Of a DNA stretch of 64,000 nucleotides, positions 1-9,706 are shown piece by piece. Where the stretch lies: IMG/VR virus record IMGVR_UViG_3300036819_000087, positions 32,001 through 96,000 of that record. One strand, 5' to 3'. The translations under genes were made by a program, and so were the position numbers. Source of the DNA: a virus. Under the pieces are notes generated by a model. The model did no database searches. It was not told the DNA's origin and saw only the letters and a list, made by a program, of their open reading frames with translations. How positions within the stretch are numbered: the first letter of the stretch is position 1; each line of letters begins with the position of its first letter.

Positions 1-812
1 CCAGTGATCACCGACGTGAGGTCGGTGCGGGGCACCCCGTACAGGTACTGCTGGTAGCCGGGCGCCGGGGGGCGGGGGGTGGCGCCGTTCAGGTCATACA
101 GGGGCCGGATCGTTTCCCCATCAATCAGGCTGAACGAGTCCAGGTCCGACCCCAGCAGTCCCTTACCCAAACCCCGGGCCCGCTTCGGCTGCAAGAAAAT
201 GGACAGCGCGTCGAAAACGAGCATCTGCTCCATCGCGTCGCCGATCCAGCTCGACCACGTGAAATAATCGGGATCCGGGCGGTGAAAGAACCGCATGGCC
301 TTCCCGCGGCGTTCCCCGAATTCGCGCATGGCTTTTTTGTCGCCGCGCATCGCTTTGGCCGCGTCGGGGGTCGGGACAATATCCCACCCGATGCCCTTGA
401 TCTCGTTTTTACGCAACTGGATGCAGGACCGGGCCACCGAGTACAGGTCGGCGATCGACCGCAACGTCTGGAACGTGGCCAGTTTGATGCCCTCGGTGCC
501 AGGCTGACCGGTCGGCAGGTTCCAGCCGACCTCGTACTGCTCCCGCCTGGGCACGGCACGCCCGTCGTCCTCGGGGGTGTCGACCGGGACGGGGAGGATC
601 GGGGAGAACGGGCCGAACGCGCCCGCGGTGAAATCCTGCGGCGGACGAGGCAGGAACGGGCCATAGGCGGAGGCGTAGCCGTTGCTGGTGTCCTGGTCCC
701 GGACCGCTGGGGAGACCTGCCCGTACCACTGGCCGCCCTGCGGCGGCGGGGTGGGCTGCGCGGTACCGGGGACGGCCTTGGTCGCGGCCAGGATGGCTCG
801 GGGAGAAGCCAC
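1..812 (-). CDS. Phage portal protein, N-terminal part (runs off window edge; not in ORF track)
   Basis: Hand translation from GTG 812 (RBS GGAGG): ...YEVGWNLPTGQPGTEGIKLATFQTLRSIADLYSVARSCIQLRKNEIKG...LIDGETIRPLYDLNG...YQQYLYGVP; GC3-rich frame, downstream of terminase on the same strand. Confidence 0.8.
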   Translation of the reverse strand, partial: MASPRAILAATKAVPGTAQPTPPPQGGQWYGQVSPAVRDQDTSNGYASAYGPFLPRPPQDFTAGAFGPFSPILPVPVDTPEDDGRAVPRREQYEVGWNLPTGQPGTEGIKLATFQTLRSIADLYSVARSCIQLRKNEIKGIGWDIVPTPDAAKAMRGDKKAMREFGERRGKAMRFFHRPDPDYFTWSSWIGDAMEQMLVFDALSIFLQPKRARGLGKGLLGSDLDSFSLIDGETIRPLYDLNGATPRPPAPGYQQYLYGVPRTDLTSVIT

Positions 813-849
813 GGGCACCTCCCCCGGGTGTGGTTGGCTGGTGCTCGTG

Positions 850-1044
850 ATGATCAAAATGGACGTGTACGCGGCGGCGGGTGAACGGTTCGCGCCGGGC
901 GTGTTCACCGACGTGGTCGGGAAGCCGGCCACCTGGACCGTGGGCGGTCAGGCGTGGCTGGGCCGGATCTGGTCGGCGAACATGGCCGACGACGGGACCG
1001 AGGCGACCCTCGCGATCGAGGTCGAGGATCCGCCGGCGGCGTAA
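850..1044 (+). CDS. Small hypothetical protein
   Basis: GC3-biased frame MIKMDVYAAAGERF...; start approximate. Confidence 0.5.
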   Translation: MIKMDVYAAAGERFAPGVFTDVVGKPATWTVGGQAWLGRIWSANMADDGTEATLAIEVEDPPAA

Positions 1045-1054
1045 CCTGGCCCGC

Positions 1055-1360
1055 ATGGACAAGGAACGGGACCGGTGGGTGGTCGCGTCGCAGGTCGGGG
1101 CGGCCTTGCCGGCTATCCAAGCCGAGCACACCGCCATCTACGTGATCAGGAACGGGCGCGACCCGATCGCGGTGCTGGTCCCACCCGAGTGGTACGAGGT
1201 CGCGGTCGAGGCTATGGGCGGCCCGCCCGGTTCCGACTCACCGCCCGACTGGCCCGCGCCCGCGCAACTCGACGACGGTACGGCGGGCACACCAGCCACA
1301 CCGTCATCCGTACCGTGGTCCACAGTGGCGGCCGAGCCTGGCCCGCCTGCCATGCCTTGA
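1055..1360 (+). CDS. Phd/YefM-like antitoxin domain protein
   Basis: IYVIRNGRDPIAVLVPPEWYE resembles the Phd/YefM vitrnGkpvavlv motif. Confidence 0.55.
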   Translation: MDKERDRWVVASQVGAALPAIQAEHTAIYVIRNGRDPIAVLVPPEWYEVAVEAMGGPPGSDSPPDWPAPAQLDDGTAGTPATPSSVPWSTVAAEPGPPAMP

Positions 1361-1401
1361 CCCCGAACGCGGCCACCACCCGCGCACGCAACTCGTCCTG
1401 G

Positions 1402-1659
1402 TCACTCATCGGACCGGGCCGTACGCGGGTGCGCCGACGGTGGCACGTAGCGGGGGTCGTCGCGGTAGGTGCGGCCCCGCGCGTGGGCCTTCTCGAACTT
1501 GTACACCGTGGCGAGCACCGTGGTTTTCCCGGCGCCGCGCCTGGCCGGGGGCAGGACGGCGGCCTGGCCGCGGTCCCAGCTCACCAGGAGCGCCCGGACC
1601 ATGTCGGCCTGCCACGGGGTCAGGTCAACCCACCGGCCGTCGATGGTGACGCCCCTCAT
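1402..1659 (-). CDS. Short protein with terminase/helicase-like Q motif and Walker A
   Basis: LTPWQ...ARRGAGKTT in 85 aa. Confidence 0.5.
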   Translation of the reverse strand: MRGVTIDGRWVDLTPWQADMVRALLVSWDRGQAAVLPPARRGAGKTTVLATVYKFEKAHARGRTYRDDPRYVPPSAHPRTARSDE

Positions 1660-1934
1660 GGGATGACCTGGTAGACGCGGGCGCCGTCATCCTGGATCGA
1701 CCCGTTCCACCGGTACGCCGAGCGGCGGCGGTTGAACAGTGGCCGCGCGGCCAGATCGGCGAGCGTCGACGGAAACGGTGGCGGCTCGGACGGGTCAGGC
1801 AGCTCCATCTGGAGGACCGAGGCGGTAACACCACCCCACGGCATCGCGATCCGTTCCCCGTCGTGGGGGCCGCCGAACAGAACGACCTCGACCGGTGCCG
1901 GGGGGTCGTAGAAGTCTTCGATCTTGCGGGCCAT
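1656..1934 (-). CDS. Hypothetical protein
   Basis: Coupled ORF with LFGGPHDGE motif typical of small actinophage proteins. Confidence 0.6.
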   Translation of the reverse strand: MARKIEDFYDPPAPVEVVLFGGPHDGERIAMPWGGVTASVLQMELPDPSEPPPFPSTLADLAARPLFNRRRSAYRWNGSIQDDGARVYQVIP

Positions 1935-1941
1935 GCTGGTC

Positions 1942-2307
1942 TCACGGCTTCCAGGTTTTCATCCAGGCCGCGATCCTGGACGGGTCCATCGTCAGCCCGT
2001 GGTCGGTGATCGTGACACCGGGGAACTTGTCCTGGTAGTCGAGCACGGCCTGGTCGGCCTCGTCAGCGACCTTGCCGTAGAACTCGTCGAGGGTGAACAC
2101 GCCCTTTTCGATCAGGAGGGCGACCACGGCCGTCATTTCCACCCGCAGGAGCAGCGACTGTTCCCGGTGGTCGCGGACCGCGTCGCCTTCCGGGTCACCC
2201 TTGGGGCGGGTGCCGAGCTGCCACCCGGTCAGCAAGGTGCGGATCTTGGCCACCTTGTTCAGCGCGGTCTGGTAGCGCACGTCGGGGCTGGGCGGGGTGG
2301 GGTTCAT
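1942..2307 (-). CDS. Hypothetical phage protein
   Basis: GWQLGTRPKGDPEGDAVRDHRE...; strong codon bias. Confidence 0.7.
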   Translation of the reverse strand: MNPTPPSPDVRYQTALNKVAKIRTLLTGWQLGTRPKGDPEGDAVRDHREQSLLLRVEMTAVVALLIEKGVFTLDEFYGKVADEADQAVLDYQDKFPGVTITDHGLTMDPSRIAAWMKTWKP

Positions 2308-2318
2308 GGCCGATGATC

Positions 2319-2771
2319 CTATCGGTGGCGGCGTGCTGGCCTGCTGGTTTTCGCGGGCATCTGCGCGGCACCGAGCTGGGTGTTGACCGCCCGGCCGAGC
2401 CGCCGCGCCGCGTACTTGGCCTGCTTGGCCGTGAGGCCACCCATCGCCACCTGACCGATGGTCGCCCACGACACGCCGCGGGCCAGCGCGGCGGCGATAA
2501 GGCGGAGGCGGGTGATGTCCCGGCCGAGCTGGTCGGTGACCTCCCCGGTCTGCTGCCCGGCCAGGCCGGCGAGGTCGTCGAGGCTGGCCTCGTGATCATC
2601 TGGGGGGCGTTTGGGTTCCCACTGCTGGACCTCGTCCACCCAGCCTTGGCCGGTCACCAGCGCCACCCGGGGTAGCCGAGCGACGACCAGGCCAGCCACG
2701 CGCCTGCGGCGGCGCTGAGCGCTGCATACGGCCAGCGGACGTGCCGGGCCCACCAGCGGGCCGACCACCAC
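2319..2771 (-). CDS. Hypothetical protein with HTH-like segment
   Basis: ALARGVSWATIG motif; start uncertain. Confidence 0.45.
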   Translation of the reverse strand: MVVGPLVGPARPLAVCSAQRRRRRVAGLVVARLPRVALVTGQGWVDEVQQWEPKRPPDDHEASLDDLAGLAGQQTGEVTDQLGRDITRLRLIAAALARGVSWATIGQVAMGGLTAKQAKYAARRLGRAVNTQLGAAQMPAKTSRPARRHR

Positions 2772-3503
2772 CAGCCCGGATCGTCACGCATGACCCGGCC
2801 CCGCAGGCTGGAACCGGAACTCCAGACTGGCCCCAGTGTGCGCGTTCATGCCACCGGTCCAGACGCGGACCTCAATGCCGGGGAGCACGTCAAGCCACTG
2901 ATCGGTGTGCTCGACCTGGACGACCAGGCTGCGGTTTGGGTCGGCGTACTGGGGGGGCAGTTCCAGCCATACCCGGTCCGGACCTTCGGCCGGGCCGGGG
3001 CTGGCTTGCTGGGTGGCGTTGAGTGCACCCCAGGCCGCGACCGCGCTGGTGAGCGCCTTGGCCAGCACCGGCAGCGCGGCGGTGATCGTGTCGGCGGGAA
3101 CGTCGATCTCCAGGTTGACGTGGGCGTCAGCCACCGTCGGCCTCCTCGCCCTGGCCGTCGTCGGGTTCGGCGGCGTCGACCAGGAACAGGACCCGGGAGG
3201 CATCCCAGTCCCCGTCGGGCCAGAACTTCGCCTCGATCACCATGCCGTCGGCGTTGCATTTGAACTCGGCGACCCGCGGGCACGCCGGCGTGTTCGGCAA
3301 CGGGTGGATACCGCCACACAGGCGGCATCCGAGGTCTTTCGCTGCGGCGTGGGCGGTGTCGCGTTCCTCGCTGGTCAGGACCCGGACGGGGACGGGGAAC
3401 CGGGGCCGGTCACCGAAGATCCGCTGCCGGGCACCCTGGATCGCCTGGGCGGCGGTGCCTTCGAGGAGGGGCTGGCTGGTGGCGCGGCCAGCGGGCGGCG
3501 GCA

Positions 3504-4016
3504 TCACGGCGTGTCCGGGGCGTGCTGGCTGCGGACCTGGTCGCGAATCTGAGTGAGGCGGGACCGGGCCGTCTCGACCGCATCCCGGGCGATCTCGCCG
3601 GGCGGCGAACCGAACGTGACCAGGGGCGTGGCCGGGTGGAGGACCTTGATCTTCTCGGCCGGGACCAGTAGTGCCCGTATGTGGTCGCCGTTGCTGGCTA
3701 GCCACCAGTTCACGTGCTCCTCAAGGTCACGGAGCTGAGCGGGGGTCCAGTCGGCGGGTACGCGGATGACGAGAAGGTCGCCGGGCTCGACCACGTTGAC
3801 GCACTCGCGGAGCAGGGCCCGCAGTTCACCCGGGCCGAGCGCGGGCGGCACGGGGAGCGGGTGCCGGTGCTGCGCGGTGACCTCGTCGAGCTGGCGGCGC
3901 AACTCGGCGGCCTGCGCCTCGTCGATGTCGGCGCGGTCGGCACCCAGCATCGCCCGGAGTTCGTCGTCGTCGCGGGGGCCGTCCACGGCGGGGCTCACGG
4001 TCCCACCTGATCCCAT
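3504..4016 (-). CDS. Hypothetical protein, one of a run of coupled minus-strand ORFs (2784-4559)
   Basis: Overlapping start/stop junctions and GC3 bias. Confidence 0.55.
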   Translation of the reverse strand: MGSGGTVSPAVDGPRDDDELRAMLGADRADIDEAQAAELRRQLDEVTAQHRHPLPVPPALGPGELRALLRECVNVVEPGDLLVIRVPADWTPAQLRDLEEHVNWWLASNGDHIRALLVPAEKIKVLHPATPLVTFGSPPGEIARDAVETARSRLTQIRDQVRSQHAPDTP

Positions 4017-4670
4017 GCGCGGGCGTCCAGTTCACCGAGGAGCGCCAGCGAATCGGTGACCACCGGGTGGAGCTCGACCATCGGCGACCCACCGGACATG
4101 AGGGTCACCTGCTGGACCGTGGCCTCCTGGACCCCGCCGGTGGGCAGGTGGAACGCGAGGTGGTCCCCGGTGCGGGGCACGATCGGCAGGAACAGTGCGG
4201 CCGAGATCGTCCACGAGCCGGGGCGGCTGCGGGAGGTGGACCTGACCTGCTGCCGGACCTTGCACAGGACTTGGTCAGCGGACATCGGCGACCTCGGTGC
4301 GGCCGTGGCGGGGTGGCCAGTTCGCGGCGACCTGCGCGGCCAGGTGGAGACCGAGATCAGGGGGCAGGCTGACCGCGGGGGCGTCCTCGGCGGTCACGGT
4401 GATGTGGACGAGGCGGGTCTTGCCCTCGACGGTGATCTGCCGGGTCTCGGAGATGAGGGTGGGCCAGCCGCCGCTGGACGGGTGGCGGCGGCTGGCCAGT
4501 TCGGCGGTTTCAGCGACCGGGTCGCTGATCGTCCGGGCGGTGCCGGGGATCGGCATCATCGCGGGTGTCCTCCTGCTGGTTGCGGGTCAGGTCGGGGGTG
4601 TCGCACTCGGGCAGTCCTCGACGGGTTCGCCGCATTGCCGGCAGTGACGCACACGCGCCCTCCCCTTGGT

Positions 4671-4976
4671 TTATGGCATGGGCGGCCCGTAGGTCAGGAC
4701 CTCGATGGTTTCGCCGTGCCGGACGTAGGAGACCCCGGGCGGGGTGATGCCGGTCTGGTTGATCTCGTCGGCGAGCTGGTTGGTGGCGGCCGTGGTGAGC
4801 ACGTCGACCATGAGGGAATGGCCGGTGACCGGCCGGCCGGTGAGCTTGGTCAGTTGCTCGGCGCGGCGGGCGAACTGGGCGCGGACTCCGATTGGGAGAC
4901 GCGCCGTTGTACGTTCTGTGCTCTTGTGCCGGCTGGTGTTACGGTCCTTGCTGGCAGCGGGCTTATTTTCAGCCAT
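4671..4976 (-). CDS. Putative ribbon-helix-helix DNA-binding protein
   Basis: ATG 4976 with AGGAG RBS; TTARLPIGVRAQFARRAEQL beta-helix-helix pattern; divergent from 5058 across a repeated operator. Confidence 0.5.
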   Translation of the reverse strand: MAENKPAASKDRNTSRHKSTERTTARLPIGVRAQFARRAEQLTKLTGRPVTGHSLMVDVLTTAATNQLADEINQTGITPPGVSYVRHGETIEVLTYGPPMP

Positions 4977-4988
4977 CCGGGTCTCCTC

Positions 4989-5030
4989 TTGCCTGTGGCG
5001 GACCACCATAGTAAGTTGGTGGCGGACCAC
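4989..5030 (+). promoter_or_regulatory. Promoter with two GTGGCGGACCAC operator copies
   Basis: TTGCCT-17 bp-TAAGTT; 12-bp direct repeat at 4995-5006 and 5019-5030. Confidence 0.65.
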
Positions 5031-5057
5031 AAAGCAAGCGACAACCGAGGAGCCAGA

Positions 5058-5546
5058 ATGACCGACAGCACCGCCCCCCAGGTCGACGACATCGTGACCG
5101 TTGACTACGAACCCGGCACCCTCTGGATCATTCGGCGGGTCAACGCCAAGACTTACTCTCTTGACCAGGTTGACGCCGACGGGCGGCCGTTCCCCGAATG
5201 CCGGCGTATCCGCGCCGACCGTGGCAAGGTCCGCGCCGCCGCCCTGGTCAAGATTCCCGCCCCGTACGCGATGCCCGCCGAGATCCCCGCCACCGGCGCG
5301 ACCGTCGGCATGCTGAAGGCGTGGCTGCGGGACGTGCCCGACAGCATGCCGGTCCTGCTGGCCCGCGACGACGCCGGGAACACCCACGCCGGCCTCGCCG
5401 CTCACACCGGGGCGATCGCCTCCCCCGACGGCCGGTTCGGATTCCAGACCGCACTCTGGGACGGCGACCACCAGGACGCCGACCTGCTCGACCTGATCCA
5501 GGCCGAGGGTGGCCAGCGTGTGTTCGTGCTCATCCCCCAAGCCTGA
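5058..5546 (+). CDS. Hypothetical protein
   Basis: ATG preceded by ACAACCGAGGAG. Confidence 0.7.
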   Translation: MTDSTAPQVDDIVTVDYEPGTLWIIRRVNAKTYSLDQVDADGRPFPECRRIRADRGKVRAAALVKIPAPYAMPAEIPATGATVGMLKAWLRDVPDSMPVLLARDDAGNTHAGLAAHTGAIASPDGRFGFQTALWDGDHQDADLLDLIQAEGGQRVFVLIPQA

Positions 5547-5642
5547 GCGACACTAAGGACGCCCCCCTCCCCACGATCCTGGTGGGCAGGCCCCAGACGC
5601 CGAGGGGGGCACGCACCAGCACCGAAACAACCGAGGAGAACC

Positions 5643-6119
5643 ATGACCAAGGACACCACCCCGGCCCAGCGCGGGCCGTTCATCTCCGCCGAGGGGCTGT
5701 ACATGATCGCGGCGCGGACCGTTGACCACCGGGCCTGCCCGGCCGAGGCCCACGACACCAGCCTCCCCGACGGGTGGCAGCCCGGCTACGAACAGGCCGC
5801 CCTGCCCGGCGGGAAGGCCATCGCCTGCAACGACTGCAAGAAGGCCCTGTTCTACTGCGTGCGGGACGAGAACTGGCACCACGTCGACCCGGACGCTGAG
5901 TGTTTCCTGTGCGGGCCGTGGTCGGCCCCGTTCGGGTGGCTGGTCGACCACGCCACCGGAGTCACGGTCCGGGCGGCGGCGATCCCCGACTGGGTCATGG
6001 GGGCACGGTCCCGCATGACCGGCGGAACCGTCGGCTACCCGGGCGCGTTCCGGGACGGGTCCAGCGCCCGCCTCGTGTACGTCGAGGGCGGCCCCGACCT
6101 GCCCACGGTGCCCCAGTGA
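5643..6119 (+). CDS. Hypothetical Cys-containing protein
   Basis: ATG preceded by CCGAAACAACCGAGGAG; CNDC and CFLC motifs. Confidence 0.7.
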   Translation: MTKDTTPAQRGPFISAEGLYMIAARTVDHRACPAEAHDTSLPDGWQPGYEQAALPGGKAIACNDCKKALFYCVRDENWHHVDPDAECFLCGPWSAPFGWLVDHATGVTVRAAAIPDWVMGARSRMTGGTVGYPGAFRDGSSARLVYVEGGPDLPTVPQ

Positions 6120-7007
6120 AGAACGGGCAGCGCTGGCCGAGCCTGGACGGCTGGCCCGGCTGGTGCCGGTACGACCTCTACAGCGTCCTCGCCGGGGTCG
6201 CTGTCGCCTGGGTGCTCTACCCAGTGGTCATCACGGTCACCGGGGTCGGCTGGCATTTGTGGCCCACGGCCGGCGCGGTGATCGGTCCCCCGATCGTGAT
6301 CACCGTGGGGGCGGTTCGCTGGGCGCGGTACAGGTCGAGGAGGTGGGGCCGGTGAGGCTCCACTACGACCGGCGCGGCCGCCGGCGAGGCTACTCGCTTC
6401 GCCCGGCCGAGGCCGGCGGGTTCCTCATGGTCAAGGGCGTCGGCCTGCTGCTCCTGCTGTTCGCTCCGCTGATCCTCACCGCTCGGCACGGGCATCCCAC
6501 TACGGTGGGGGTGGGTTCTGGCAGTGATCGAATGGGCCGTGGTCGCCGGGTGGTGGCTCGGCCGGGGGTGGAGAGGTCGTGGATGATGTTCCGGACGCTG
6601 TACCGGGCGTTCCTGCTGACCGGGGGCGCGATGCTCGGGGAGACGATCGCCTCGTACACGGTGCCGGCCGGGACGGCCAGCCACGCACGTCTCGCGGTCG
6701 GCTGGCTAGCCGGCGGCGGCGTGTGGGCGGCCGGGGGGGTGCTCGCCGAGTACGTCGTCTGGCGGGTCGCTGTCCGCCGGTGGCGGCGGGGCCGGTCGAT
6801 CTAGGCTGGGCGGTGATCCGGACGGGGTTCCTGACGGTGGCGTGCTGCGCGACCGGGACGATCATCGGCGGGGTGTACGCCGCGGCCCATTTCGCGATGC
6901 CGCTGGCCGAGGTCGGGTGGATCATCCACGTCACCGGGACGGCGGGCCTGGCCGTGGGCTGGGCGATTGGGCTGGCCTGGACGCATCGGGAGGTGTTCCA
7001 TCGCTAG
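6116..7007 (+). CDS. Cluster of about four small membrane proteins (one apparently frameshifted)
   Basis: Hydrophobic ORFs at about 6116-6355, 6352-6586, 6583-6804 and 6813-7007. Confidence 0.5.
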
Positions 7008-7308
7008 ACTCGCCTTTGCGATGAACGGCACGACCGGTTAAACGGGCAGCCCCCTGGGATACGCGCTTCCAGGGGGCTGTTCGCTGTCTGACCTGGGTTT
7101 CTCGGCGGTCGCGTACCAGACACCGTCCCACGTGCCGGGGGCGAACGCGGCGACCTCCTCGTCCTCGTCGTAAATCAGCAGGTAGCTCGGTTGCGGGTCA
7201 CCGGCGGCCGGGGCCAGCCGGTACTGGGTGCCGTGGAGATGGCAGACGGCGTTGGGCTGGTCGATGACGATAACGCGCTGTGGCGGCTGGGGAGACATAG
7301 CCACCAGG

Positions 7309-8877
7309 TTAGGCCGGAGCCGGTTCGGTCGCGTCGGCCAGGTCGGCGGGGACCGCCGTCCCGCAATGCGGGCAGGTTTTCTTCCCCGCGGACAGGTACC
7401 CGTGGCCGCAGCCGGCGCATTTGACCACACCGTAGGCACCCAGCCAACTGCCGCTGATCAGGTCCTTCATGTCGGTGAACCCCCACACCAGCGCGTCGAG
7501 CCGGTCCGGTGACTCGGGGTCGAGCGGGGACCAGGAGCAGAGCTGGTCTTCCAGGAGCGGGAACGACCCGAGGTGATGGATGCGGTGCTGCTCATACAGC
7601 GCACTGATTGGTTCCGCACGGGTCGCTTTGCCGTGGGTGGCGCGGACGGCCCGGTAGGCGATCCCCGGGTCGACCGCGTGGAGCAGGGAGCCGATGTAGT
7701 CGCCGCCGTTGTTGACCTCGGCCACGACCCGGTCCGCGTCGTGATGCTTGGCCGCCCACACCGCTTTCACCATCACCTGCTGGGGGGTGCCGCGCATCGT
7801 GTAGTCGGCGATCACGAACCCGTTGCCGTCCCGGGAGGCCCCGACCACGATGATCCCGGTCTCCGCCGAGCTTTCGCCGTCGGAGACGGCCGGGTCGAGG
7901 GCGACGACCACGCGGATCATGTCCGGGACCGGCACCGCAGGCCACCGGTCCTGGTCGATCCAGTCGCGGCGCCACAGGGCGTCCTCGCGGTCCTCCAGGA
8001 GCTCGGCGTCGAGTTCCTGCCGGCCGAGGCGAGTGCCCATCAGGGGCGCGATGACCTCGGCCTTGTACGTGTCGGACAGGTTGGCCAGGTTGTCGACGGT
8101 CCGGCCGCGGGTGATGATCGTGGTCGCCCGCTGCATCAAACCGGCCCGGGCCGGATCCGGGTCCTGGGTGCGGAGCAGGCTGACGGGGCGGGGCGTGGTC
8201 GCCACCACGATCTGCGTCCTGTAATCATCCGGCCAGCCCGGCTTCGCGGGGAGGCGGGTGCCGATTGTCAGGTTCGACCAGGTCGTGTCGGTGATCGTCC
8301 CCTTGTGCGCGTCGGTCCAGAACGCCGACTCATCCCCCCACGCGAAATGATGCTGGGGTCCGCGCAGGCGGCGGGGCTTCTCCGAGCTGTACGTTTTGAA
8401 CCGGGACCCGTTGGCCATGTACAGCTCACCGAGCGACCGGTTCCAGGCGACCTCGGGGTCACCGCCGCGCAGCTCACCCGGTTCGAGGCAGCCCAGCAGG
8501 CCGGATTCGCCTTCCACCATGGTGTCGCGGGCGTCCGCGATCGTGCTGGCGACCAGCGCGATCCGGGCCCCCGGGTACTTGCGGGCCTTCTCCGCGCTCC
8601 ATTCGGCCGCCGTCCTCGACTTGCCCCAGCCCCGCCCGGCCAGGATGAGCCACACGAACCAGTCCCCCGCCGGGGCCAACTGGTCCGGCCGCGCGACCTC
8701 GACCCACGGCTTGTGCGGGTCGAGTTCCTCAACGTCGAGGAGATCCAGGAGCCGCTGACGTTCGGTGGGGTCAAGCTTCGCGAGGAACCGGCGCCGCGTC
8801 TCCAGATCCCACGCCAGCCACCTCGTCCGCAAGCTGGAAGAGGCGGGCGTCGATCGCGTCAATGGTCCTGACCTCAT
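7309..8877 (-). CDS. terL: Terminase large subunit
   Basis: ILAGRGWGKS Walker A, LRGPQHHFAWGDE Walker B, ATTP coupling motif, VVALDPA, SPDRLDALVW nuclease motif; start uncertain. Confidence 0.95.
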   Translation of the reverse strand: MRSGPLTRSTPASSSLRTRWLAWDLETRRRFLAKLDPTERQRLLDLLDVEELDPHKPWVEVARPDQLAPAGDWFVWLILAGRGWGKSRTAAEWSAEKARKYPGARIALVASTIADARDTMVEGESGLLGCLEPGELRGGDPEVAWNRSLGELYMANGSRFKTYSSEKPRRLRGPQHHFAWGDESAFWTDAHKGTITDTTWSNLTIGTRLPAKPGWPDDYRTQIVVATTPRPVSLLRTQDPDPARAGLMQRATTIITRGRTVDNLANLSDTYKAEVIAPLMGTRLGRQELDAELLEDREDALWRRDWIDQDRWPAVPVPDMIRVVVALDPAVSDGESSAETGIIVVGASRDGNGFVIADYTMRGTPQQVMVKAVWAAKHHDADRVVAEVNNGGDYIGSLLHAVDPGIAYRAVRATHGKATRAEPISALYEQHRIHHLGSFPLLEDQLCSWSPLDPESPDRLDALVWGFTDMKDLISGSWLGAYGVVKCAGCGHGYLSAGKKTCPHCGTAVPADLADATEPAPA

Positions 8878-9304
8878 GCCGTTGGGGAGCGTCCAAGCCG
8901 AGGAGCCGGGCCCGCCGCTCCGACACCCGGATCAGCCCGTTGACCGCCTGGATGACCGGGCCGTCGTCCTCGATCGGCGTCCCCGTGACCGGGTGCCTCG
9001 CGACCTTCCCCGACGCGCTCACCGAGTAATGCTTAGTCAGCAGAACCCGGTGCAGGACCCGGGTGAGTTCATCGAGGCGGTCCGCTTCGAGCGCGCGGAC
9101 CTCCTCGGCCGCGTCCCGGGCCACGTCGGCCATGGCCCGCTGGACCGCCTCATACGAGGTCGACACCGACTTGTGGCCAAGCTCGGTAGCGATCTGCGGG
9201 TAGGTCATGCCGCGGCGGCGGAGGTCGAGGGCGCGGGCGTCCTTCTCCCGGGTCGCGACGCTGCGGCGGCGCCCTCGGGTGCTGCCGGTATTTCTCATGC
9301 TCAT
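8771..9304 (-). CDS. terS: Terminase small subunit
   Basis: ALDLRRRGMTYPQIATELG HTH; ERRARLLGLDAP; directly upstream of terL. Confidence 0.8.
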   Translation of the reverse strand: MSMRNTGSTRGRRRSVATREKDARALDLRRRGMTYPQIATELGHKSVSTSYEAVQRAMADVARDAAEEVRALEADRLDELTRVLHRVLLTKHYSVSASGKVARHPVTGTPIEDDGPVIQAVNGLIRVSERRARLLGLDAPQRHEVRTIDAIDARLFQLADEVAGVGSGDAAPVPREA

Positions 9305-9326
9305 TGGTTTCGCCGAATTCCGAGGT

Positions 9327-9346
9327 CGTCAACGTTCCCGTTGACA
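9327..9346. promoter_or_regulatory. Palindromic operator CGTCAA-N8-TTGAC overlapping a -35 box
   Basis: CGTCAACGTTCCCGTTGACA; near-identical copies at 58073 and 58571. Confidence 0.65.
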
Positions 9347-9402
9347 GGAGGGGGTGGGGGGTGCAGTGTGGTGGTGTACCAACCGCAACCGAGGAGCAGA
9401 CG

Positions 9403-9657
9403 ATGAGCAGCGCGGACGGTTTCAACACCATGAAGGATGTCCTTGACCAGGCACGGAACGGTGACATGGTCACGGCGCTGGCGGCCGGTACCGTCGCGGT
9501 GGACGTGATGTCCTCGGCCCGCAGCGACACGGTCTACAACGACGCGGCGGCGGCGCTCGCGGCGGCGTTCCTCACGATCAAGGACACCCACCTCGCGTCG
9601 CACCCGCATCTGGCCCACGCGGTCGCGGACCATGCGAAGCGGATCGCCGCCCTGTAA
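9403..9657 (+). CDS. Hypothetical protein (moron-like, own promoter and terminator)
   Basis: TTGACA upstream, GCAACCGAGGAG before ATG, GC hairpin at about 9675-9703. Confidence 0.65.
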   Translation: MSSADGFNTMKDVLDQARNGDMVTALAAGTVAVDVMSSARSDTVYNDAAAALAAAFLTIKDTHLASHPHLAHAVADHAKRIAAL

Positions 9658-9706
9658 CCCCGGTTCCCGTTCTGCGGCCCGTCCCCCGACTGGGGGCGGG
9701 CCGTAG

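Noticed and set aside
125-664. Track ORF of 179 aa on minus strand
   Set aside because: Wrong frame; the portal frame from 812 has the codon bias and motifs
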